Positions 1 through 8,435 of a stretch of 33,101 nt of DNA are shown piece after piece. The stretch's first letter is position 1; each line of letters opens with the position of its first letter. The notes under the pieces were generated by a model. That model did not search any database. It saw nothing but the letters and a program-made list of their open reading frames with translations, and was not told the origin of the DNA. A program made the translations under genes and the position numbers. Source of the stretch: a virus (taxonomy: Duplodnaviria > Heunggongvirae > Uroviricota > Caudoviricetes); IMG/VR virus record IMGVR_UViG_3300038412_000041, one strand, 5' to 3'.

Positions 1-239
1 TTTTGTTCAGGAGCTTTTGCAGGCATATTTCCCAATACTTCGTTTACCTTGTCAGCAAATGCTGTAGGCAAAGAGTTAATGTTTTGTGGTTGCAACCCTC
101 CAGTCAAAAACTTATGCTCCTTAGCCAGGTGTGAGTCAAATGTTGCTTGTGTATGAGGGTCCCAAACGCCGTCTACAGGTTTATGTAAAAGATGTAGATC
201 ACTAAGGATTGTTTGGATAGCACGTACTAAGATATTCAT
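1..239 (-). CDS. Hypothetical protein, N-terminus only (runs off the left edge); possible peptidoglycan-binding (PG_binding_1-like) N-terminal motif
   Basis: Not in the ORF track. ATG at 239 lies 7 nt after AGGAG (247-251) and the frame stays open to position 1: MNILVRAIQTILSDLHLLHKPVDGVWDPHTQATFDSH... The pattern VRAIQ..L......VDGVW...T resembles PGBD helices. Confidence 0.75.
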   Translation of the reverse strand, partial: MNILVRAIQTILSDLHLLHKPVDGVWDPHTQATFDSHLAKEHKFLTGGLQPQNINSLPTAFADKVNEVLGNMPAKAPEQ

Positions 240-253
240 TGTAAAGCTCCTAA

Positions 254-3200
254 TTATTTCTTGGTTGTATTAGTAACACGCAAGTTGTTGAAATCGGCCA
301 AAACCTCTTTCTTGTTTTCGATATCAAACTCTGCAAACATTTTCTTCAAGGCAGTCTGCATATCCTGCTTACTCTTAAAGAATGCTTGAAGTTCTCCGCC
401 CCATGGACCAGTCCACTTGACTCCAGGTACTGCAACACTTTTAACCTTGCTCAAAGACGCTGCATTAACTCTGGCATTCAAACAGATATTTACAACACTG
501 CTTTGCTTCTGTCCAACAATGTAAAGATAAGGCTTGATTACACCAGCAGGAGCCGCTTTAATCTGTTCAAGGTTAAAGTTTGTTCTTTGACCTTTAGACA
601 GAGCTTGCAAGAACTTTTGAATGTCCTTGTGTTCAGTCCACAGTTCAAGATCAGCCATTAAACGCTTTCTATACTTTGGCTCAATCTTAACCTTCTTCTC
701 AACAGCAGCAATCCATGCACCAAGGGCTTTAGGAGACAATACTCTTGCGTCATAGTATTTTTGAGCAGGCAGGAAACCGTAAGCTTTGAGTTGTTTCTCA
801 GCAGCAACTACGTTCTCATTTTCTGCATCAACAGCAAGACCAGGGTAATTGTCGTAAGACATTACGAACAACTCAAATCCGCCTAACTTGCCTTCAGGGT
901 CTTTCTCTGGCAAGCGTTTGTTGGTTTTTCCTGTCTTTCTGCCAACATCAACTTCTTTTGGAACAACAGGTGTATCTTTAGCACCAACCTTTTTAGCAAT
1001 CATAGACCGCACATCCAAGCCAGAGATAGAAGGTTTAGTGATTACCCAACATGCAGCCAGTGGTACGGAAGCAGTACTACCATCAGGAGTAGTAACTCGT
1101 ATAGTGTTTGGTTTACCACCACTAACCGAGTTATAATCCTTGGCTATACAATCTCCGTATGCTGTATGGACGCTCAACCCTTCTGGCGACCAGTTTGGAT
1201 CATCCCACATAATAGGCGCATTCTTGGCACGTTTATTGGTTGATACATACTCCAAGAAAGGGACAAGACCTAATGATTCAGCACCATAAAGTTGCATACG
1301 TGGAGTATAAGGCATCTTCATTAAGAAGCCAGAATCAGGAAGTACTTTGCCAGTAGGCATCGTATATCCTTCTTTGCGACACTGTGGGCTATCTCTAAAC
1401 GTGGCATACTCACGTTCCTGAATCTGCTGATATTGCTCATAAGCTTGAAAGAACTCTCTACAACCACCTTCAGGGTCTTGCCAGTCATTAATGTTGAAAA
1501 TGTTCTTCTTAGTAAGTCTTAATGGAGGTGGTGCTTCCAAATTCATATATTCAGGTGAATTTGAGTTATAGAATTTTACGGTAGCAATCAGTTTACTAAA
1601 CATCCTGCTGTTCTTAGTAACGTCAATCGAACGGTCAACAAATACCCAGTCAAAGTGAATACCATGACCACCGTTTTCTTCCATACGTGGATCATTCATG
1701 GTAGGTCTATTCATTCTAGACTCACCCTGCTCTAACGTGCCGTAATTCCAAACAGTCTCAAGTCTAATGATTCTAGACACGACTTGAAGGTTATGTCCGG
1801 TATTAATAGATTTTTCGCAACCAACCAAAATCTTTTTCTTTGGGTTAGACACAAACTGCGCCAGCAACTCGTCACCATTAGCAGAAACATAATGAATTGC
1901 CTGTTCTTGCAAATCTGCAGGCAAAGCTTCATATACAGCAGTGGCAGAGTTTACATATTGGGTCCATACAATAATCTTCCCAACTGTACCTGAGTTCAAA
2001 TGCTGCTTAATGATGCTGATTGTTTTCAAGGTCTTTGGTGATATAGAATCTTTACCAGTCAAAGATTTTCCGAGAGGATCAGCAGTCGGTGCCGTCAAGA
2101 AGCCTTCTAGACGAGCCAAATAAAAGTTTAGAGGACCATCCAACAGATCGTCAAGGTTGTCATCACTATCTTCTTCCTGTTCATCAGCGTCAGCATCCCT
2201 AGCACCAGTCTTGAATGAATTACGAAGAATTGGGTTTTCATTTAAAGCAATATCGAACTCGGCTCTGGTCTCCTTCAAGATTGCCAAGTACACAAGTTTT
2301 TGAGCTTCCGTCATTTCAACAGGATAGAAAACGTCTTGTCTTCTAGGAAGCAACGCAGCCCACTCTTTTCTAGACACACTGATAAAGGAAGATGTTTCAG
2401 CCATCTTATCTCTAATCAGCTTTTGCGCCATAGGTATAGGAGCGTTTCTAATATTGCCTTCATCAAAGTATCTTTCAGCAAATGCAGCAGTGTCACCGAA
2501 AGCTTGAGGATCAATTAGACCATACTCTCCTACAACGTCAGTTAATGAGTCACTGATGTAGGTACCAGACATTTGTACCTTGTACGGAATGGAAGAAATG
2601 AGACGCATAACTTCACGATTCCGATTACCGTTACGTGTCTTAAGGAAATGTGATTCATCCATAATGCACATATCCCAAGGAACACGCTTCAGAAACTCTG
2701 CATTCAAGGAAATCTTTACGTCAGTATTACCATACGTAAAGTTAACGAGTCTCGTAGAGTTTCCTTTTGGAGCAATAAAGTCATAGTCTGTGACAAAGAT
2801 CGTGTTTACCGGAGCGCCTTTGCAAAGCTCAATGAGTTTCTCTTCTCCCCACCGTTTATCTTGCAAGGCAGCAGAAGAAATATTAACCACGTTCATCTTG
2901 CCTGCAAAAATCCATACAGCATCATTGATGTAGTTGCTGACAAGATTTTGAGGACAAAGCACTAATGGGCGTTTAACCAAACCTTCACCGATCAAGTATG
3001 CCGCATACATAAGACCTAGAAGAGTCTTACCACCACCTGCATCAACACTGAACACAGCATTTTTAGGCTTGTTCTTGAGATAGTTCCACACTTTAACTTG
3101 GTGCGGCATCAATTCTACCGAACCACTAACGTATGGGATGTTAGGCATTTCAATATCATCAATCGGATCAAGATCAGGATTGATGTAAGCTTTGCGCTCT

Positions 3201-4939
3201 TCCAAGTCCTTGGCTTCTACCTCATGCAGATTGCTTCCATAATGGATCAGTACTTTCAAAGTACCTATCGTATCAAGCATAGATGGAACAGATAGAGAAC
3301 CAAAAGCTGCATCAGGATTCTTCTCAACCTCTACTAGAACCTTAGAGTAGTATTCAAAAATAGCCCGCAGTACACCAGAAGGAGAAGTTTTAGATAGCAA
3401 AGTCATGGTAGGATGACTTTGATGTTGCTCAACCCAACCGTGCAAAGTTTGGTACTCTTCAGGTGTTAAATCTCTTTCTTCGTTTGGCGAACGTCTATTA
3501 GAGTAGGCTTGGTTCAAGGCATCAATAGCAATAGCCATTGAACCCCACACATCTTTATTTTCAAACTTTTGCCGAGCGTTACCCATATCTTCGATTGAAG
3601 TGTATGGGTCACTATATTCTGGACCAGAAGGAAGTTTAAAACCTAAACGCTTTCCGTGATCTTTAGCGAAAGCAAAGGCTTTGCTCACTTGTGTGGATAT
3701 GGAAGCAGTGTCAACCAAAGAAGCTTTCAAGTAGGCAAGGATTTGATTAGCTTGAACAGGTCTGAACATACTAATGTCACGAATACGGACACTAGCGTTT
3801 TCACCTGTATATGCCATTTTGCCATTATGCCAATCAACATACATTAGCATGTTCTGGCCTCTAGGCTTCAACTTGCGTACTTGTCTTCCGTCTCTACTCG
3901 TATCCGTTACGTATTCATTAGATTCAGGATCAACCGTATCTTGTCGCGTCCAATCACCATCTGGTTGCATTCCACCTTCTTCAATAGCAGCTTCGACAAA
4001 CTCTGGAGAAATACTTTCTCTTGGAATCCAAGTAATAATGCCTTTATTAGTTACTGACAAATCTTGGTCATTGGTTTGAGGTTGAAGAATGATGCCTGTT
4101 TGTTCGTTATCACTCGCAATTTTGCTTACTGCTACGATATGAGGAGAATAAGAACTCTCACCATTACCATTCTTTTTAAATACGTCAGCTTGAAGGCGTG
4201 AGACATACTCTACAAGTTGATTATACTTAATGCCGTCACCTTCTTCTTGAGTGATGTACTCGGCCATAACATCACTAATAAAGTATTCGGCAAAGGCATG
4301 CCATATTCTAGCAGACCAAGCAGTAACTACCAAGGAACGCGAGTAACCATTATCCGGCAAAGTTTTCTTAAGGACTTCTAGTTGACCTTCGCCCATTCTA
4401 TCATTAAACGCTTTTACGCCAGGAGCACCAATAAGTCTGAAGCCACGGATGGCGATTTCACAGTCATGACCTATTTCTGGATCAGCGTCAGGTAGAGTAG
4501 CGAATACTTTTTCAAGACCTGCTGCAAGATTTCCAATATTGATATCTACAGGGCTTTCTAAATTCCAAACACCAGGAATCTTTGCTTCGATTTGTGCCTT
4601 GAGTTGGTTAGCATTGATATTAAAGAACTCAGGATAAATATCCATTATTGAAGGCACAGAAAAAGATGGCATGTACACCAAGAACCCTTTATTTACTTTT
4701 CGGATTCTAATGAGTTCAGCCAACTCCTTATCTGTAAGTCTGTTATATTCCTTAGCCATATCATCTTCGTTTTCCAGACGTGCTATAGGACTTCCACCTA
4801 ACATCTGTGAAAACTGATTCTTGGCGTATGCATAGGCCCTCACAAGTCCACCAGGACTTCCAAAAGCACCTAGCATTGTTGACTCTTCTAAGGCATGCAG
4901 CTTGCTCTTGTCCAAGTTGATAACAGAGATTTCTTTCAT
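254..4939 (-). CDS. Large SNF2-family (superfamily 2) helicase/ATPase, 1561 aa
   Basis: Motifs: I (DAGGGKT), Ia (LVLCPQNLV), II (MDESH), III (MSGT), IV (IIVWTQY), V (SINTGHNLQ), VI (EQGESRMNR). Extensions of about 600 aa (N-terminal) and about 400 aa (C-terminal) are unassigned. ATGA overlap with the upstream gene. Confidence 0.9.
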   Translation of the reverse strand: MKEISVINLDKSKLHALEESTMLGAFGSPGGLVRAYAYAKNQFSQMLGGSPIARLENEDDMAKEYNRLTDKELAELIRIRKVNKGFLVYMPSFSVPSIMDIYPEFFNINANQLKAQIEAKIPGVWNLESPVDINIGNLAAGLEKVFATLPDADPEIGHDCEIAIRGFRLIGAPGVKAFNDRMGEGQLEVLKKTLPDNGYSRSLVVTAWSARIWHAFAEYFISDVMAEYITQEEGDGIKYNQLVEYVSRLQADVFKKNGNGESSYSPHIVAVSKIASDNEQTGIILQPQTNDQDLSVTNKGIITWIPRESISPEFVEAAIEEGGMQPDGDWTRQDTVDPESNEYVTDTSRDGRQVRKLKPRGQNMLMYVDWHNGKMAYTGENASVRIRDISMFRPVQANQILAYLKASLVDTASISTQVSKAFAFAKDHGKRLGFKLPSGPEYSDPYTSIEDMGNARQKFENKDVWGSMAIAIDALNQAYSNRRSPNEERDLTPEEYQTLHGWVEQHQSHPTMTLLSKTSPSGVLRAIFEYYSKVLVEVEKNPDAAFGSLSVPSMLDTIGTLKVLIHYGSNLHEVEAKDLEERKAYINPDLDPIDDIEMPNIPYVSGSVELMPHQVKVWNYLKNKPKNAVFSVDAGGGKTLLGLMYAAYLIGEGLVKRPLVLCPQNLVSNYINDAVWIFAGKMNVVNISSAALQDKRWGEEKLIELCKGAPVNTIFVTDYDFIAPKGNSTRLVNFTYGNTDVKISLNAEFLKRVPWDMCIMDESHFLKTRNGNRNREVMRLISSIPYKVQMSGTYISDSLTDVVGEYGLIDPQAFGDTAAFAERYFDEGNIRNAPIPMAQKLIRDKMAETSSFISVSRKEWAALLPRRQDVFYPVEMTEAQKLVYLAILKETRAEFDIALNENPILRNSFKTGARDADADEQEEDSDDNLDDLLDGPLNFYLARLEGFLTAPTADPLGKSLTGKDSISPKTLKTISIIKQHLNSGTVGKIIVWTQYVNSATAVYEALPADLQEQAIHYVSANGDELLAQFVSNPKKKILVGCEKSINTGHNLQVVSRIIRLETVWNYGTLEQGESRMNRPTMNDPRMEENGGHGIHFDWVFVDRSIDVTKNSRMFSKLIATVKFYNSNSPEYMNLEAPPPLRLTKKNIFNINDWQDPEGGCREFFQAYEQYQQIQEREYATFRDSPQCRKEGYTMPTGKVLPDSGFLMKMPYTPRMQLYGAESLGLVPFLEYVSTNKRAKNAPIMWDDPNWSPEGLSVHTAYGDCIAKDYNSVSGGKPNTIRVTTPDGSTASVPLAACWVITKPSISGLDVRSMIAKKVGAKDTPVVPKEVDVGRKTGKTNKRLPEKDPEGKLGGFELFVMSYDNYPGLAVDAENENVVAAEKQLKAYGFLPAQKYYDARVLSPKALGAWIAAVEKKVKIEPKYRKRLMADLELWTEHKDIQKFLQALSKGQRTNFNLEQIKAAPAGVIKPYLYIVGQKQSSVVNICLNARVNAASLSKVKSVAVPGVKWTGPWGGELQAFFKSKQDMQTALKKMFAEFDIENKKEVLADFNNLRVTNTTKK

Positions 4940-5244
4940 TTAAGTTTGCCTCTTAAAATTTCCCAATTGATATACGTGGCTTCTATAAGGATGGAAGCTA
5001 CTTTAAACTGCTCAAGCAGATAATCAAGAAGTTCTTTTGCGTAATCAGAATCAATAAAATTATCAAAGTAATCTACCCCATAAAGATTAGCGGCAGACAC
5101 GGCTCCTTGAGAATCATTCATTGTCGCAAAATATGTCTTTACCGCTAACATCCTACTCTCACGTTCTTCTTGTGTTAATGGAGGATTCTTTAAAGCTTTG
5201 TTTTCAGCCTGTAATCTAAGATAGCTGTCTAGAAGTGATCCCAT
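4936..5244 (-). CDS. Hypothetical protein, about 102 aa
   Basis: ORF track entry. Start moved from TTG 5256 to ATG 5244, which follows GAGGA. The stop overlaps the SNF2 start. Confidence 0.75.
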   Translation of the reverse strand: MGSLLDSYLRLQAENKALKNPPLTQEERESRMLAVKTYFATMNDSQGAVSAANLYGVDYFDNFIDSDYAKELLDYLLEQFKVASILIEATYINWEILRGKLK

Positions 5245-5282
5245 GTTATTCCTCAATACTGGATAAATATACAGTTATTAGG

Positions 5283-5318
5283 GCTACTAGACTATACATA
5301 TAGTAGCATAAAAAGCAA
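5283..5318 (-). promoter_or_regulatory. Putative sigma70-like promoter (TTGCTT-N16-TATAGT) overlapped by a 7-bp inverted repeat
   Basis: Minus strand reads TTGCTT (5318-5313), 16 nt, TATAGT (5296-5291). GCTACTA (5283-5289) and TAGTAGC (5301-5307) flank the -10 box. It sits in one of the few intergenic gaps. Confidence 0.4.
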
Positions 5319-5324
5319 CAAAAA

Positions 5325-6053
5325 TCAAGCGTGTTTTATAAGGGTAAATAGCTGTTTTGAAATGTCTTTGTCTTTAAGCTTTTTGGCAAACGTGTAGCAA
5401 AGAGATATAAGCAGGTATATCTTGTTTGATACAAGCCAAGGAAAACTAAGTCCAGATAATCCAGCACCGAGAAGAGAAAGAAGCATTAAGCCTTTAGGTT
5501 CTCCAAGCAGTGTTACCAAAGTGTAGTGTCCTTGCATTGCATCAACAACATCAGACAAGTCAAAATCATAATGTGGATCACCTGTATAAGCACCGTTTAT
5601 ACAGGCAAATAAAATCAATCCAGCAAGGGCTACGCCAGTTAATACTTTCAATGCTGGGTATCTATCAATAACTTCTTGAGCGGATATTGCTTTTGCTTTT
5701 AGTTTTTGGAAAATGTCACTCTCATGCATTTCCTTAAAAACATGAAGTAGTGTTCTCGACAAAAGACCAAGAGTACCTTTCAAAGCTTTGAATATTGCCG
5801 TTATACTAAACTTGAAGGCCTTCAATAAATCAAAGCTTTCTCGACTAGAAAATATTGCTACTAGCTGTTTAAAGTCTAGTTTGGTTTTTGAGGACAGTTT
5901 CTCTATATCTTCTTTCACTTCGTTTACTATTGAAACTACACCTTTAGAGATACCAGAAATAGAAAAAGCTAGTTCCTCATTAGAGGAAGTTAGCACTCTA
6001 CAGTAATCCTCATATGTCACACTGCTTACTTCTACAGTAGATAGTATCCTCAT
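5325..6053 (-). CDS. Hypothetical membrane-associated protein, about 242 aa
   Basis: Likely start is ATG 6053 (MRILST, after AGGT) rather than GTG 6101, which overlaps the HNH gene. Hydrophobic segments VLTGVALAGLILFACING and LMLLSLLGAGLSGLSFPWLV. Confidence 0.75.
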   Translation of the reverse strand: MRILSTVEVSSVTYEDYCRVLTSSNEELAFSISGISKGVVSIVNEVKEDIEKLSSKTKLDFKQLVAIFSSRESFDLLKAFKFSITAIFKALKGTLGLLSRTLLHVFKEMHESDIFQKLKAKAISAQEVIDRYPALKVLTGVALAGLILFACINGAYTGDPHYDFDLSDVVDAMQGHYTLVTLLGEPKGLMLLSLLGAGLSGLSFPWLVSNKIYLLISLCYTFAKKLKDKDISKQLFTLIKHA

Positions 6054-6067
6054 TTGTTTGTACCTAT

Positions 6068-6340
6068 CTAAAATTCGTGAACGTGCATAGCTCTGTGACA
6101 CTTATAGCATAGAGTAATTTTGTTTCTAGGTGTATCTGCACCGTTTCTTGATAGAGGCAATATGTGGTGAACATGAGCCGTTGCTTTTGTAACAGGAGCG
6201 TTGCAACGTCTGCATTTAAAATTGTCCCTTTGGATTATTAAGAGGTTATCTTCAAAACGTTTTCGTATTGTCGGTCTTTTTGCATAGGTTGGCTTTGTTG
6301 ACGCATATCGTAGGCTCTTTATTTTTCTTCGTCCAAACAT
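6068..6340 (-). CDS. Small HNH endonuclease, 90 aa
   Basis: RDNFKCRRC...HVHHILPLSRNG...N...LCYKCHRAMH: two CxxC pairs plus the HNH motif. Confidence 0.88.
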   Translation of the reverse strand: MFGRRKIKSLRYASTKPTYAKRPTIRKRFEDNLLIIQRDNFKCRRCNAPVTKATAHVHHILPLSRNGADTPRNKITLCYKCHRAMHVHEF

Positions 6341-6954
6341 GTTTGAACCCTATGTGCAAAGTTGATGGCATCATTTGTATTGTTACGTAGTTCCTTCTCT
6401 AGCATATCCAACCTATTGACTGTAAGTATGATAGGACAGTTATCAGTAAACCCACAAACAAACATATTGTTGACTATACGAGAACCACCAGCTATGAAAA
6501 ACTTAGCGTTATCTTTTTCCCACTTAATCAAACCTTGATCGGCATTGTATAAAACGTTAGATACAAAACTGTTGAGGTTTGCTGCAAGTGTTTGGATGTT
6601 TATAGGGTTCAACGATGACTGACTAATCAACAAACGACGCACTGCATTAAATAAGCGTGAATATTGTGATAAGCGTTTTGCTAATGCTGCTACAGTATCT
6701 TCTACAGGATACGAGAAGCTCTCGTTGGCTAATATACCTCTGATAACTGGTATACCTCCAGTAACTTCCGAGTACTCAATGTTAATTTCTGATTTCATAT
6801 TTAGGTCAACAACATCTGGAAGATGAGGTATCACAGTTACGTCATACTTTAAATATCCAAACTTTACGTCTACCTTTTTGATATCAATCTTGCCAAGTCT
6901 GGACAATAGCTTTAGCAGCTTATCGAAGTTTTCCACGTTTCCTCTACTCTCCAT
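6319..6954 (-). CDS. Hypothetical protein, 211 aa
   Basis: Long ORF with ATG, overlapping both neighbours; no family recognised. Confidence 0.75.
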   Translation of the reverse strand: MESRGNVENFDKLLKLLSRLGKIDIKKVDVKFGYLKYDVTVIPHLPDVVDLNMKSEINIEYSEVTGGIPVIRGILANESFSYPVEDTVAALAKRLSQYSRLFNAVRRLLISQSSLNPINIQTLAANLNSFVSNVLYNADQGLIKWEKDNAKFFIAGGSRIVNNMFVCGFTDNCPIILTVNRLDMLEKELRNNTNDAINFAHRVQTCLDEEK

Positions 6955-7555
6955 TTACTGCGCGTTTAATTGTTATAGCTGTCTTTTCATACAGGTCTTG
7001 CATAAAGGCAGCAGACTCTCTGATATCAACATCCAATTGTGCAGCTATTGTGTCTATATGTTTAGGCATAACTTTGTCGTTCAAGAAACCTTTCAAAAGC
7101 ACTTGCTGTTGCAGCAACTTTTGCAACAAGTCTTTGAACATTGGCTCAAGAGCGGTTCTTACTAGGGATTCTGCTAGGGCTGCTCTATCGTTAGATGCTT
7201 CTAAGTCTTGTCCTAGTTCTCTTGCAGACTGGATCAAGGCATTGAAAGCATACGCTTGACTTTCTCTTTTACCTTTTCTATATTCTTTTTCAGCTATAGG
7301 TATCAGAGCAATAACGGCGGAATAAGCGGTCTTCCTAAAAGTAGATAACGCACCATCAATATCACCATTGTCTATAGCTAAGATGATATCCTTTCTCTTT
7401 ATACCAAATGTAGAAGCCGTCTTCTTTAACATTGAAGATGTGGCTTCTGCCTTTATTATTGCATTCTTTTGCTTTCTGGTAAGAATTTTGATCGGTGCAG
7501 GTAACTGAGCTTGCTTCTTATTTGCTTCGTACCTTGATACTTTAAAGTTTGGCAT
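6944..7555 (-). CDS. Hypothetical alpha-helical protein, 203 aa (basic N-terminus)
   Basis: Long coupled ORF, helical composition, no family recognised. Confidence 0.75.
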   Translation of the reverse strand: MPNFKVSRYEANKKQAQLPAPIKILTRKQKNAIIKAEATSSMLKKTASTFGIKRKDIILAIDNGDIDGALSTFRKTAYSAVIALIPIAEKEYRKGKRESQAYAFNALIQSARELGQDLEASNDRAALAESLVRTALEPMFKDLLQKLLQQQVLLKGFLNDKVMPKHIDTIAAQLDVDIRESAAFMQDLYEKTAITIKRAVNGE

Positions 7556-7558
7556 GGT

Positions 7559-8080
7559 TTACCTGAATGCAGCCAGTCTTATAATCTTGTCAGACTTGTG
7601 CCAGTATATTGAGATGCTGCCTTTTCTTAACAACTGTTGACCAGCAACATCAATAAACTTGAAGGATTTGGTCTTTAGATAAGCAACAAGTTTTTTCCAA
7701 GTATCCTCACTTACTTTCTTTCGGCTGGCACATATCAACATGTCTCTGGTTTCTGAGGTCTTGGTCATGTTCCAACCATTACTATCAAAAAACTTTACCA
7801 GCTTGTCGTAAGTACCTTTGTCTTCAGGTGGGAAAATACGGATCAATGTGTAAATGCGTTTGTATTTCTCAATCAGTATTTTTCTGTGGATACGGTCTGT
7901 TAGTATGAATCCCTGTCCATCTTTTTTAACAGTGCAGTTAAACATTTTTGAAATGCGCTGCATACATACTAAAGGACTTTCTCTGAAACAACCATCAATG
8001 TTATGGTCGTTGTCTACCCAATCCCATTTAGGTGCACCTGGAGACAAATCAAGTTTCTTTAGTGTGGATATACTTAACAT
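7559..8080 (-). CDS. Hypothetical protein, 173 aa, Lys-rich
   Basis: ORF with 3-nt gaps to both neighbours. Confidence 0.7.
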   Translation of the reverse strand: MLSISTLKKLDLSPGAPKWDWVDNDHNIDGCFRESPLVCMQRISKMFNCTVKKDGQGFILTDRIHRKILIEKYKRIYTLIRIFPPEDKGTYDKLVKFFDSNGWNMTKTSETRDMLICASRKKVSEDTWKKLVAYLKTKSFKFIDVAGQQLLRKGSISIYWHKSDKIIRLAAFR

Positions 8081-8083
8081 GTT

Positions 8084-8383
8084 TTAGTCTACGTAATATA
8101 GCGCACAACCTGCAACCGGATTATAATCTAGATAGCAATGGAAACCTTTAGCTACTAGATTACCTTTTACAGTCAGTATTGAAAAACCTACTTTTGTTAG
8201 ACACTCTGAAAAGGCATCTTCCAGAGTAGAGCTATTAACTTTAGATGTAACTGCTAAAGGGAAAGACAACGGTAGTACTTTGTATCCTCTATCCGTTACC
8301 AAATCACCTACAAGAAATTTGGTTGAAAGCGCACGAATGGCTAAATCCAAGCCTTCAGTCGCAGCAGTTTCTATAGTTTTCAT
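8084..8383 (-). CDS. Hypothetical protein, 99 aa
   Basis: ATG preceded by AAAGGAAC; fits operon packing. Confidence 0.7.
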   Translation of the reverse strand: MKTIETAATEGLDLAIRALSTKFLVGDLVTDRGYKVLPLSFPLAVTSKVNSSTLEDAFSECLTKVGFSILTVKGNLVAKGFHCYLDYNPVAGCALYYVD

Positions 8384-8403
8384 CTTTGTTCCTTTGTTTA
8401 TAG

Positions 8404-8433
8404 TTGACTAATACATGGCATTAAATTAGTCAA
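8404..8433. repeat. Perfect 9-bp inverted repeat TTGACTAAT-N12-ATTAGTCAA (operator or hairpin)
   Basis: Read directly: 8404-8412 and 8425-8433, filling the gap between two genes. Confidence 0.6.
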
Positions 8434-8435
8434 AA

